A stretch of 64,000 bases of DNA, from positions 1,280,001-1,344,000 of the forward strand of contig CAWGMQ010000005.1 of NCBI GenBank assembly GCA_963823665.1, read 5' to 3'. Source of the stretch: an uncultured Planctomycetota bacterium. Its GTDB lineage: Bacteria; Planctomycetota; Planctomycetia; Isosphaerales; Isosphaeraceae. Made by a program: the position numbers and the translations under genes. Of this stretch, positions 37,823 to 48,395 are shown piece after piece. Position 1 is the stretch's first letter, and the number at the start of each line of letters is the position of its first letter. The notes below the pieces were generated by a model that was not told where the DNA came from, did not search any database, and was given only the letters and a program-made list of their open reading frames with translations.

Positions 37823-38036
37823 GAGCGCGGCTCCTCACATCGTGGTTGAGTAATTGACGTCCGATTCGTGCTCGCCTCGTCCGCATGGGTGGCCGCCCTC
37901 TTTGAAACGGAGAGCGATGCGTCTACCATCGCGGTCATTGAACGTCGTGTTGTTGCTGGCGGAAACCTGCGGACGAGCTTTCCTGGAGTCGATGGTCGAA
38001 GCCGGCAGATAGCGCGCGATGCGGTGTTGAGGATAC

Positions 38037-39148
38037 GTGATGATAAAATCACCAATCTGGGTTCTGGCAATCGTGATCGGCTCTGGCCCCGCCGACGGGA
38101 AAGAATGCCAGTCTCTCGGGGCGCCGACCGTCTCGTCGCCGCAAGTCGACGATGCGGTCAAGCCGGCGCCCGCGGGCGAGCCCGCGCCGGTGCAGACCCG
38201 CACGGTTCTGGGCATCAGGGGCACACGCTTCACGCTCAACAGCAAGCCTACCTTCCTGCTGGGTATCAGTTATTACGGCGGCCTTGGCGCGCCCGACGAG
38301 TTCCTCAGACGCGATCTCGACGAATTGCAGCGACACGGCTTCAACTGGCTGCGGGTCTGGGCCACTTGCGGGCTATTTGGTCAGGATATTTCTGTCGTTG
38401 GTCAAAAGGGTCACGCGCCGAACCCCATCTGGAAAAACTCAAGCGAATCTTGGCGGAGTGCGATCGACGCGGGTTGGTGGTTGACGTGACGCTCACTCGC
38501 GCCAGTACGACGCCCGGCTGGGGCCTGCCGAACTTCGAAGCGCACGAGCGTGCCGTGCAGACGATTGTCGTGCCGCTCAAGGAATATCGCAACTGGTACC
38601 TCGACCTCGCCAACGAGCGTGACGTGCGCGACGAGCGTTTTGTTCCGGTAGACGAGCTCAAAACCCTCCGGGAACTCGTCCGCCGGCTTGATCCGGCGCG
38701 GTTGGTCACGGCGTCGCTCGGTGGCCATGAGGTGAGTGAGGCCGATCTGCGTGATTCCTTGCAGACTGCCGGCCTTGATTTCGTGACACCGCATCGACCG
38801 AGGGATCCTGGATCACCAGCACAAACCGATGCCAAGACCCGCGAGTGCCTCGCAATGATGAAAAAGCTGGGGCGAGTTGTGCCCGTGCATTACCAGGAAC
38901 CGCTTCGTCGGGGATACGTCCAGTCGGAGCCGACGGCCGCGGACATCCTGACCGACCTTCGCGGCGCACTGACCGGGGGAGCCGCCGGTTGGTGTTTCCA
39001 TAACGGGCCACAGCGCGGCACGAAAGACAACCTCCCTCGACGTTCCTTCGACCTTCGGCGCGCGCGGCTTTTTGACCAACTGGACGCCGAGGAACGAATC
39101 GTTGTCGAGCGCGCTTCGGCAGAGGTGAGCCTCGTGCACAAATTATGA
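38037..39148 (+). CDS. Secreted glycoside-hydrolase-like TIM-barrel protein (clan GH-A-like); frameshift near 38418
   Basis: 38037..38489 plus tail of 37868..39148: FTLNSKPTFLLGISYY, GFNWLRVW, DLANER, HYQEP, AAGWCFH. Confidence 0.7.
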
Positions 39149-39401
39149 GCCACCCATCACTGCAAACCGTTGCAGATGAGGAGGCTCATTATGGGGTCGG
39201 GACGCCTATCGCGATTCACGTTGATCGGGGCGGCTCTTGCCGTGTTCCTGCTATTCCCGGCGCGAGCCCAAGACCCGTCGAGCCGCGAGCTTACCGCCTT
39301 GGCTCCCGTCCTCGACAGCTCCGACGGCGGCTGCCGGAGCCTCGACATCGGCGGATGGGTCGGAGCGGATAAGGCCCTCGGCATGAAGCTGACGTTCCGC
39401 G

Positions 39402-40190
39402 TCAATTGATCTGACCAAGGCGCTGCGAGATCGCGCTGAACTGAGCGGCGACGGGGCGGTCGGACGCGGGCCAGATCGTCAAGAATCCGCGGTAGCCTAT
39501 CTCTTCCAGAGCACCGAGGTATTCTTCCCAGTCGAGGCCGCCGGGGCGAAACCCGAATCCGCGCGGATTGGCCGCGGCAGAAGCGGCAGCGTGGACGGCA
39601 TCGTTCGCATAAGCGTGGACGATCCACCCTCCGAGCAAGCGCGCCGAGGCGATGGGATCAGTTCCGGACGGTAACGCCGCGGCGGGATCGATGCTGACCG
39701 CCAGGGCGGGCAGGCCCATCGTCTCGAGGAACGCTTTGAGGGGTTCAGCCGGCTCGGAGCCCGTCTCGATGGCCAACTGGACCCCACGGTGCTCGGCCCG
39801 TGTGCCCAGGTCGCGGAGCGCTGTCGTGAACGCTTCTCGGCGAGCGGCCTCGTCCTCCGGCGGGACCGCGCCGACACGCGCGAGCACGATTTTCGTGCCC
39901 AGCTCATAGGCCATGCCAAAAGCACTATCCGCCCGGCGAATCCGGTCGTCGAGCTGGTCGGGTGTGTCGAATGAGCGCCGGGTCGGCAGCGCCAGTGCCG
40001 CGAGCGGCAGCTCGACCGATCGGAGCAGATGGCGGATTTCGCGGCGGCCGGTCTCGCTCAAGCGATGCGGCGCCAGCTCACCCGAGGCGTCGAGCACGAC
40101 GCCCCGAGCACCCAGGCGGGCGGCTTCGTGGATTTGCTCGCGAGCGGGCTGGTCGGCGTCGAGGCGAAGGGCGAGTGGATGGCGGATCAT
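39402..40190 (-). CDS. Sugar phosphate isomerase/epimerase (xylose isomerase-like TIM barrel)
   Basis: LAIETG, VSIDP, HAYANDA, LDWEEYLGALEEIGYRGFLTI. Confidence 0.88.
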   Translation of the reverse strand: MIRHPLALRLDADQPAREQIHEAARLGARGVVLDASGELAPHRLSETGRREIRHLLRSVELPLAALALPTRRSFDTPDQLDDRIRRADSAFGMAYELGTKIVLARVGAVPPEDEAARREAFTTALRDLGTRAEHRGVQLAIETGSEPAEPLKAFLETMGLPALAVSIDPAAALPSGTDPIASARLLGGWIVHAYANDAVHAAASAAANPRGFGFRPGGLDWEEYLGALEEIGYRGFLTIWPASDRPVAAQFSAISQRLGQIN

Positions 40191-40236
40191 GTCTACGGGC
40201 CGATCCGTTTAAGGTGACGAATGGAAAAACCACGCG

Positions 40237-40926
40237 CTATTGGGCGTACTCTTGGAGCGGTTCAAGGAGTCGTTTGATCGGCCCAGGAAAATCCTCCCAC
40301 GTCGCTTGATAGCTGGCCTCGAGCGGTGCAGTCACATAGGAACCGGACTTGAGGAATAAGGGCATCTCTGGCAGCTTGTCGCGCACCGCAATCGTTTCGA
40401 CGTAGGCTGTAACCGCCAGTCCAGGATCGTATGCCGCCAAGAGCAGGCGTTTTTCCATCGGAAGCTCGAAGTCTTCTTTTACGAATTCGTCCCAGATTGC
40501 CTTGTGAATTCCGAAAGGATCTCGATCGGTGGGCGGAAAGAGATCGATCACGAGCAAGGCATTGCCGTGCCGAACCAGGTGAGAAACCCTCTCGACAAAT
40601 GCTCGCAGCTCAACATGGCTCGCCTTGTTGCCTGGCGAAACGATCTCGATTGCGGCAACGATTTGCCGGAGTTTGTCTCGTACAGCGACCCGGTCTGCCA
40701 TCTTGACGTAGAGAGCTGCTTCGGCGACGGCCACGTCTGCCTCATCCAACGACGGGCCAAAGGTCGCGACCTCCGGAATTGGACCGCTAATTGACCGCTC
40801 CGGAAGCGCGAAATAGTCCGGCGGTAGTAACCCTCGATTCAAGGCATCACACAGTTTGACGGTCCAGCTCTGGTGGAAGGCGTAGAACAAGCCGGCATCA
40901 ACGCGCGTCCAGTCGTGTACCGGCAC
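40237..40926 (-). CDS. DUF4058 family protein
   Basis: MPVHDWTRVDAG..FHQSW, VAAIEIVSPGNK, LVIDLFPP, LPEMPLFL, LEASYQATW. Confidence 0.88.
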   Translation of the reverse strand: MPVHDWTRVDAGLFYAFHQSWTVKLCDALNRGLLPPDYFALPERSISGPIPEVATFGPSLDEADVAVAEAALYVKMADRVAVRDKLRQIVAAIEIVSPGNKASHVELRAFVERVSHLVRHGNALLVIDLFPPTDRDPFGIHKAIWDEFVKEDFELPMEKRLLLAAYDPGLAVTAYVETIAVRDKLPEMPLFLKSGSYVTAPLEASYQATWEDFPGPIKRLLEPLQEYAQ

Positions 40927-40999
40927 AGCGGCTAACTCCCGACAAAATCAGAGCTACCTTCCGCGGCTCGGATCGCGTGCCGTTGCGGCGCGGTCGGCT

Positions 41000-42163
41000 T
41001 TAATTATCGCATCTTTCAAAAATCGTCGCCACGCCCTGTCCCTGGCCGATGCACATCGTGGCCAGGCCGAGCTTGGCTCCCTGGTCGCGCATGCGGTGAA
41101 GCAGTGTTGTTGCGATCCGGGCGCCGCTGGCCCCAAGAGGATGGCCGATCGCGATGGCTCCGCCGCGGGTGTTCACGTTCTCTTCGCCGATGCCCAGCAG
41201 TTTGAGCACCGACAGCACCTGGACAGCGAACGCCTCGTTGAGCTCGATGCACTCGATCTGGTCGAGCTTGAGGCCAGCTCGCTTGAGGGCTTTTTGAACG
41301 GCGGGAACCGGGCCGATGCCCATTTCTTCGGGGTTCACGCCGGCGACGGCCATTGCACGGATCCAGGCGATCGGCTTCTGGCCCAGTTCCTTGGCTTTTT
41401 CTTCCGACATCACCAGAAGCGCCGCGGCGCCGACATTGATCGGCGAGCTGTTGCCGGCCGTCACGCTGCCGCCATCGGGATTGAACGCCGGCGGAAGGGA
41501 TCCGAGCGCGTCGAGCGAAGTTTCGCGGCGGATGCACTGGTCGCCTGAAAGCAGAACTTTGTGGCCGGCTTCGTCGCGTCCCCAGGTGGGAATGATCTCG
41601 GTGGCGAACTGGCCGCCGTCGGTCGCCTTGGCGGCGAGCTGATGGCTGCGCAGGGCGAATTCATCCTGTTTGCCCCGCGGGATCCGGTATTTCGCCGCCA
41701 GGTACTCGGCGGTGAGCCCCATGTTCATGATCGCCTCGCTGTGTCTTCGGAAGAGCGAGGGACAGGGGTTGTAGTCCTTGTTCATCGGCACGTGTTCCAT
41801 GTGCTCGACGCCGCCGGCCAAATGGACGTCCTCGCACCCGGCGGCGATGCTCATGGCAGCGTCGTTGATCGCCTGCAAGCTCGAGGCGCAGTTGCGGTTG
41901 ATCGTTACACCACCCGTCTGCTCGGGCAGCCCGGCGACGAGCGCGGCAATTCGCGCGACGTCAAAGCCCTGCTCGCCCTGCTGCTGCACACACCCCCAGC
42001 GCACGTCTTCGATCTCCTGGGGCGCCACTCCCGTGCGCTTGAGGATCGCTTGCATCACATGGGCCGAGAGGTCCTCGGAACGGACGTCGCGAAAGTATCC
42101 TTTGTCTGCGGATGCGCGCCCGACCGGGGTTCGCACCGCGTCAATAACGACGGCTTTTCTCAT
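41000..42163 (-). CDS. fadA: 3-ketoacyl-CoA thiolase
   Basis: NRNCASS, GGVEHM, ELNEAFA, GAIAIGHPLGASG, TMCIGQGQG. Confidence 0.96.
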   Translation of the reverse strand: MRKAVVIDAVRTPVGRASADKGYFRDVRSEDLSAHVMQAILKRTGVAPQEIEDVRWGCVQQQGEQGFDVARIAALVAGLPEQTGGVTINRNCASSLQAINDAAMSIAAGCEDVHLAGGVEHMEHVPMNKDYNPCPSLFRRHSEAIMNMGLTAEYLAAKYRIPRGKQDEFALRSHQLAAKATDGGQFATEIIPTWGRDEAGHKVLLSGDQCIRRETSLDALGSLPPAFNPDGGSVTAGNSSPINVGAAALLVMSEEKAKELGQKPIAWIRAMAVAGVNPEEMGIGPVPAVQKALKRAGLKLDQIECIELNEAFAVQVLSVLKLLGIGEENVNTRGGAIAIGHPLGASGARIATTLLHRMRDQGAKLGLATMCIGQGQGVATIFERCDN

Positions 42164-42212
42164 CGAAGTGTTCTCCCGCCGTGAATGTTTTGATCGATTG
42201 ATCGATGTTCGT

Positions 42213-44375
42213 TCATCCCTTCACGAGCTTCGGGCGAGGATAGAACGGTTCGCCCTTTCGTGCTTTCTCAAGGAGCATCTCGGTCGGCTCGAACCGTTTG
42301 CCCAGTGGTGCATAACGCGCCAGGCGATCCACCACGGCGCCGGCTCCCTGGCTGTCGCACCACCTCAGAATTCCCCCTCGGAACGGCGGGAACCCGATCC
42401 CCAGGATCAGCCCCATGTCCACGTCGGCCGGCTCGCGGACGATCCCTTCCGCCAGCACCCGGGTTGCCTCGAGCAGCATGGGCAGGAACAAACGGTCGGT
42501 GATCTCTTCCTGGGACAGCGATTTCTCGGCCGTCTTGTGCTTGGCGATGATCGCGAGCACGGTCGGATTCGCCTGCGGCGCCGACCGTTTGCCATCGCTG
42601 ATCCAGAACTTCTGGACCGGCGAGTTTGGCATGGGCCCCGCCTTGAGCATCTCTTCGAGGATGGGCGACGTCGCCACCCGATCGGGAAAAGCGTGCGCGA
42701 TCACTTTGCCGGCAAAGCACGCGGTTTGAAGGCCTACCATATCGGTCAACGTGAGCGGGCCCACCGGCATGCCGAATTTCGTCGCCGCGCGGTCGATCGC
42801 ATCCATCGCCACACCCTCATGCAAGAGGATGAGGCTCTCGTTCATGTACGGGAACAGCACGCGATTGACGAGGAACCCCGGGCAGTCGTTGACCACGATC
42901 GGCGTCTTGCGGATTTTCCTGGCAAGCGCCACGATCGTCGCGACCGTCGCGTCACTCGTCCTGGCGCCGCGAATGATCTCGACCAGCTCCATGCGATCGA
43001 CCGGACTGAAGAAGTGCATGCCGATGAACTGCTCGGCGCTCGGGGCCGATTCCGCCATGCGGGTGATCGAGATCGTCGAGGTGTTGGTGGCCAGGATCGC
43101 GTCGGGCCGCATCACCTGCGCGAGCCCCTTGTAGACCTCTTTCTTGAGGGCCTCATTTTCGGTCACCGCCTCGATGACCACGTCGCAGTCGGCGAAGATC
43201 TTGGGCGAAGTGGACGTGCTGATTGCCGCCAGCATGCTCGCCATATCCTTGGGAGCGGCCCGGCCGATCTTGATCCGGCTCATGACGACTTCCTGGGCGC
43301 GCTTCATGCCGTCGGAGATCTTGGCATCGTCGATATCAACCATCGCGGTGGGAATTCCCGACCGGGCGTGCGCGGCGACGATGCCGGAGCCCATGAGGCC
43401 CGCCCCCGAAACGCCGACGCGCTTCACGGGCTTGGGCGTAACCCCCGGGTTGCTCACTCCCGGGTCGCGCGAGAGACGGTTCTTCATGAAGAAGATGGCG
43501 ATCAGGTTGCCCATGATCGGCGAGCCGTGCAGCTCTTGAAAAGCCTTCTGCTCGACCTTCAGCCCCTCTTCCAGCGGCACGTTGCAGCCGTCGCGAATCG
43601 CCTTGAGCGCGACCAGGGGGGCAGGATACTGCCCCTTGGTCTTGCCCTTGATGGCGCCCTCGGCGACGGCAAAGGCGAAATGAAACGCGTCGGTGGTGAG
43701 GCCGAGCGCCTGTTCTCGCGCGGCTCGCCGCTCCTTCCACTGCCCGTTCGCGATCAGGTATTCGATGAGCCGCCGGCCTTCCTCCAGCAGGCTTTCCGCT
43801 GGAACGATGTCGAAGGCGAAACCCAGAGAGACGGCCTTCTGCGCGGAGATGATCTCGCTCGAGCACACCATTTCGATGGCGGCGTTCAGTCCGATCAAGC
43901 GCGGCAGCCTTTGAGTGCCGCCCCAGCCCGGCAAGAGCCCGAGGCTCACTTCAGGCAGCCCGATTTGGGTGTGAGGCGCGCTCGAGACCAGACGCTCGTC
44001 CATGACGAGTGCCAGCTCCGTGCCGCCGCCCATGCAGGCGCCGTCGATCAAGGCCACCATGGGAAACGGCAGCCGGCTGATGCGGTTGAAAAGCCCGTGG
44101 CCCGACGTGAGCAGGCCGGCAACCTGGTCGGCCGTGGCGTAGCTCATCGCGGCCAGCTCGTTGAGGTCGGCTCCGGCGACGAACTGGCCCGCCTTCCCGC
44201 TGCGCAACAGCAGTCCGCGCAGGTCGGTGCGATTTTCGAGCGCAGCAGCCAGGCCGGCCAGCTCTTGCAAGACCTCGCGGCCGAGCGTGTTCACCTTCTT
44301 GTCGGCAACGTCGAAAGTGACCTGTGCGATCTGGCCGTCCAGCTCGTCCAATCGAAATGCGTTGGCCATCTTCAA
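42213..44375 (-). CDS. fadB: Fatty-acid oxidation multifunctional enzyme (enoyl-CoA hydratase / 3-hydroxyacyl-CoA dehydrogenase)
   Basis: FVAGADL, CMGGGTEL, GLPEV..GWGGT; GAGLMGSG, IEAVTE, TNTST, GMHFF, PGFLVNR. Confidence 0.95.
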   Translation of the reverse strand: MKMANAFRLDELDGQIAQVTFDVADKKVNTLGREVLQELAGLAAALENRTDLRGLLLRSGKAGQFVAGADLNELAAMSYATADQVAGLLTSGHGLFNRISRLPFPMVALIDGACMGGGTELALVMDERLVSSAPHTQIGLPEVSLGLLPGWGGTQRLPRLIGLNAAIEMVCSSEIISAQKAVSLGFAFDIVPAESLLEEGRRLIEYLIANGQWKERRAAREQALGLTTDAFHFAFAVAEGAIKGKTKGQYPAPLVALKAIRDGCNVPLEEGLKVEQKAFQELHGSPIMGNLIAIFFMKNRLSRDPGVSNPGVTPKPVKRVGVSGAGLMGSGIVAAHARSGIPTAMVDIDDAKISDGMKRAQEVVMSRIKIGRAAPKDMASMLAAISTSTSPKIFADCDVVIEAVTENEALKKEVYKGLAQVMRPDAILATNTSTISITRMAESAPSAEQFIGMHFFSPVDRMELVEIIRGARTSDATVATIVALARKIRKTPIVVNDCPGFLVNRVLFPYMNESLILLHEGVAMDAIDRAATKFGMPVGPLTLTDMVGLQTACFAGKVIAHAFPDRVATSPILEEMLKAGPMPNSPVQKFWISDGKRSAPQANPTVLAIIAKHKTAEKSLSQEEITDRLFLPMLLEATRVLAEGIVREPADVDMGLILGIGFPPFRGGILRWCDSQGAGAVVDRLARYAPLGKRFEPTEMLLEKARKGEPFYPRPKLVKG

Positions 44376-44400
44376 GCGACTCCTTCACAGTTGGTCATCG

Positions 44401-46313
44401 TCAGGATGCGTACGGCATCAAGATTTCGCCGGCATCGATGCCCGCGATGGCCTCAAACCCGCCGGAAGCAACGGCGTCGCCGAGCTTGGTGACCGCACGG
44501 AGCTCTGCGTCGGTCGGCCGTCCTCCGGTAAGCCGGCGCTTGAGGTCGCTGCAGAGCACTCCAGCCGCCGCCTGCACGATCTCGCTCGACTGCCGGCCGG
44601 CCCAGAGGCTGGTCGCGAGCATCACCACCCGATCCTGGATGCGCTGCGATATCTCGGCCATCCGGCACTGGCGGTCGGCCAATTTGAGCTGGTGCTTGAA
44701 CATCAGCTTGCTGATCTCGAGCCGGCTGCCTTCCAGGCCGGCCGCCGCGTACTGGGCATGCGCGGCCAGGGGGGCCGGAATCGGTGGGCCGTCCAGGTGC
44801 AGCCGCTGCCGCGGCGTGAGCATCTCAGCCAGGCGCCACTTTCCATACGGTGCGAGGGCACCCTTGAGCGCCCAGGCATGGGCCGGATTGAGCGGATTCG
44901 GCTTGCTGATGCCCGCAGCCTGCAAGGCCCGGCCGACGGGCTCGAAAAACTCTTTGCCGTGTTCCTTGATCAGCGATTTGAAGAACGCCATGCCCAGCAT
45001 CTCGCCTTCGCCTTCGTAGATGCACGGGGCCAGATACTCGTGTACGTTTTCTCCGAACGGATGCCCGCGCAGGAACGCACGGCCGCCGTGAGTCTTCATG
45101 AAGAGCTCGATGGCGGCCTCTTTCTGGCTCTCGCTGCCGAAGATCTTGGCGACGATGCACTCGAGCTCGCCCCGGTAGCCCTGATCGAGCAGCCATGAAC
45201 ACCAATCGACGAGCGCGTCGCAGCCGACGATCAACGCGGCCAGGCGGCCGATGCGCCTGAGCACCAGCTCGCGACTGACGATCGCGGCGCCGTAGGTTCG
45301 GCGGAAGCGAGCCCAGGGCAGCAGATTGGCGAGCATCACCCGCATCGAGCCTGCGGCGGTGGCGCACAAGGCCACTCGGCCCAGGTTGAGGCCGTGGTAG
45401 GCGATCGTCAGGCCGTCTCCCTGCGCCGGCCGGAGCAGATTCTCGGCGGGCACGCGCAGGCCGTTGAACTTGAGCCCGTTGTTATGCAGGTGCTTGAGGG
45501 CGAAGAGGCCGTACGTCACCAGCTTGAACTGGTCGTTTTCGTGATCGGGCAGATCGACGATCAAGACCGCGGGCTTGCCTTCGATCCGGCATACCAGGCC
45601 GACCGTCCGGCCCGGTACGGCGTTGGTGATGAAAAGCTTCTCGCCATCGATGACGTACTCATCGCCGTCGAGCCGCGCCTCGGTGCGCAGGGCAGTCAGG
45701 TCCGAGCCGGCGCAGGGCTCGGTCAGGGCAAAACCCGAGAGCTTCTCACCGCTGGCCAGTTGAGGGAGATAGCGCTCTTTCTGCTCGGTGCTGCCGAAGG
45801 TTCGCAGCGGATCGACCGCGCCGATGCAACCGTGAACCGATGCAAGACCCGCCACGTTCGGCTCGATCGTCGCCATTCGCGTCAAGAACCGCGAAAATGC
45901 GGCAAACGGCGCACCGACGCCGCCAAACTGCGGGTCGATCAAGAGGCCCCAGTAGCCGGCGGCCGAGAGATCATCAAGGACGGCCTGGGATACCTTGTTG
46001 TCGGGCCCGTACAAGGTTCGTTGGCGCGGTGCTTGGTGACCGCCTCGAGCGACTTCTGCATCGTGCGCTGACATGCCTGTGGGACGACCGGCTGCTGGGG
46101 CAGGAAAAGCTCCACGGGCAGCTTCCGTTCCCAGACGGCGCGATGGACGGGACTGTTCGCAGTCTGGTAGCGCGCAGCGAAGAGGGCATCGACCTGATCG
46201 TCGGCCCGATCCACCGTGCCGGTTGTCCGCGCTTCTTCCTCGCTCTTGCCACCCATCTTGAGCGCGGCTTCGACGAATGTCTCGCGCTCCGGTTCCTTCA
46301 ACTGGGTTTCCAT
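44401..46313 (-). CDS. Acyl-CoA dehydrogenase; frameshift near 46020
   Basis: 45939..46313 plus 44401..46074; [34 protein letters not shown]. Confidence 0.92.
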
Positions 46314-46339
46314 CGGGAAAGCCTCATCTTTCGTTTGGG

Positions 46340-47728
46340 TCAGGAGACCTCCTGTGCGAGCAGCCAGTCCTCCAGAATGATATGGTTCAGGAACGGAGCC
46401 CGCAACAGCACTGCGTTTGCGGGCAGCTTTCGAGTCAGCCAGCTATTGCGGCTGATACTGGGGATGACGCTGCTGCCCAGGCGGTCAAGGTGCTTCATTT
46501 TCAGTTGTTTCATGATCCGGTTGCTCAACCGGTCAAAGCCTGTCGGGAACAACTTCGGCTCAGGACCGGCGTGAATCACGATATCAGCCCCGGAAGCCAG
46601 GGCGTTCTCCATGACATCCCACAGTCGCTGGGGATGATCGGTCCAATCGGCCAGGATCGCGCGGCTGTTCCACTCGTCGTAGCTGGCGCTGCCCGTCGCG
46701 CAGGAGACGATGGTCGGGCTCGGCTTGCGGTCGCCGCCGCCGATGTGATGCATCGCCATCGCGGTTCGGTTGGGGATATTGCGCTCCCACACAAGTGGCG
46801 TGTGCAGCGGCGGCCAGTGGTTCGGCCGGCGCCGCAGTGTCACGCCCGCGGGGAGGAACTCGTGCATCTCCTGGTCCAGCATGGAGAGCGTGTCGTGCTG
46901 ACCCAGTAGAAGCACCTGGTACGGCGAGAGATACGTCGAGGGGCCGATCAGCCCATGGCCGCGCCGGCTGATCGCTGCGCAGAGATGCTCGACGTCCTCG
47001 ATTTGAAGCGTCGCCCCGTGTACCGAGAGAATCCCCATGGTGGTGTTGGCAGTGAGCTCGGCGCAATCCTTTGCCAGGGAAAGGGGTACGGGCAGAAGCT
47101 GCTCCATCGTATAGACGCCGCCGAGCACAAGTGAGGAGAGCTCGCCGATGCTGTGGCCGAACGAGAGCCGCGCCTGACGGACGTGGATGTCGAAGATTTC
47201 TTCGAGGATTCGCATTTGCGCGATCTGAATGGCGACGACGGTCCCGATATCGTGCACGAAAGTGGTCAGGTCGGATGGCTCGTGCGCGAGCACGCGGGCG
47301 ACAAGATCGACTTTCTCTCCCTGCGCATCGCTGCAGAGCGCCGAGGCTGTCTCGAGCGAGCTGCGCACAATCGAGCCATAGACGGGGTGCTCGAGGAGCT
47401 CTGCGCTGCGACCGATGTTGCTCGTGTCGTATCCTCGGAAGGCGATGGCCGCGCCGGAAATTCGCTTCTTGAGGTCGTCGCGCGCCACTTGCCGCCGCGC
47501 CGGCGCGGCTGCCACGCTCGGTGCGCCCGGGGGCTTGGGAAGAGCCAGCCTGGACGGCCGGTGGCTGGCCAGCCAAGAGGGTGCCCAGCTTCGCCAGCGA
47601 GCCTCGCGCTCCTCAACTTTCGCCGTTCGCATGGCCAAGACCCTCAAGACGCACTCGGCCCGCTCTTCGGCGGGCGCAAGGGGCTCGATCTCTCTTGGGA
47701 AAGAACGCGGCTCTTCCGAGCCAACCAC
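46340..47728 (-). CDS. FabD-like acyltransferase (ACP S-malonyltransferase fold)
   Basis: AFRGY (PGQG-like position), GHSIGE, WPPLHTP (AFHS-like), HAGPEP. Confidence 0.75.
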   Translation of the reverse strand: MVGSEEPRSFPREIEPLAPAEERAECVLRVLAMRTAKVEEREARWRSWAPSWLASHRPSRLALPKPPGAPSVAAAPARRQVARDDLKKRISGAAIAFRGYDTSNIGRSAELLEHPVYGSIVRSSLETASALCSDAQGEKVDLVARVLAHEPSDLTTFVHDIGTVVAIQIAQMRILEEIFDIHVRQARLSFGHSIGELSSLVLGGVYTMEQLLPVPLSLAKDCAELTANTTMGILSVHGATLQIEDVEHLCAAISRRGHGLIGPSTYLSPYQVLLLGQHDTLSMLDQEMHEFLPAGVTLRRRPNHWPPLHTPLVWERNIPNRTAMAMHHIGGGDRKPSPTIVSCATGSASYDEWNSRAILADWTDHPQRLWDVMENALASGADIVIHAGPEPKLFPTGFDRLSNRIMKQLKMKHLDRLGSSVIPSISRNSWLTRKLPANAVLLRAPFLNHIILEDWLLAQEVS

Positions 47729-47742
47729 GCCCCCTCTATCAA

Positions 47743-47821
47743 GGAAGGTGAGGCGCCTGCCGAGCCCACACGTGTTGCGAGCTTCTCTGTTGTATAGGGC
47801 TCGGCAAGCGCCTCAGCCTCC
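47743..47821. repeat. Inverted REP pair (REPIN-like)
   Basis: GGAAGGTGAGGCGCCTGCCGAGCCC (47743-47767) and GGGCTCGGCAAGCGCCTCAGCCTCC (47797-47821) are near-complementary. Confidence 0.75.
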
Positions 47822-48395
47822 CTGAAGGAAATACGATGGCCAACCCCAGAGAGGACGATGGCTTGTCCGATCGCAGCCGAAAAACAACGTCCGAGGCCGG
47901 AGAACGCCGGCCTCCAGTTCCCGCGCAGAGAACCACCTCTTCCCGTTCTTGGGCCATCCGCGGCTCGAATATGGTCCCGAGATCCGGGAACGCTCACCAG
48001 GGACAGGAATTGACCGGGCCATCCGTGATCGCACGACTTCGGGCCGGAACAGGCCGCTTTCTGCTTCCCTTGTCAACGGTCGAGCACCATCGGGGCCGAT
48101 TGAACGCACCGCGGCCTCCGTCGCATGTCCTTGACAAGGAAGGCGTCGTGTACCACTGATATTATAGGCGATTCCCCCGGTAAGGCTAGTCTGATAACCT
48201 GCTCCGCCAGGACTGTTTTGACCGGTTGAACAACTTGTAGGGACCGTGCGGGCAATATCGGAATCATGCGCGCTTGCCTTGTCGCGGGAACCGTGACATG
48301 GCAGGATGGCCTTTTTGAGCATGCGCGGGTACGGCCAGGAGCTTTTCGCCCGATGCGCCGGGCAAGGTCTGCCAGAGCAAGCAAAGAGCCACGAA

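Noticed and set aside
39170..39409. Short signal-peptide ORF after the GH-like gene
   Set aside because: It looks like a truncated N-terminus running into the convergent epimerase stop; too little sequence to assign, so it is not listed as a feature.
41778..44492. 904-aa plus-strand ORF
   Set aside because: Antisense shadow of fadA/fadB, typical of high-GC codon bias; no motifs.
48131..48166. Sigma-70 promoter for ugd (TTGACA at 48131)
   Set aside because: No convincing -10 hexamer at 16-18 nt spacing.
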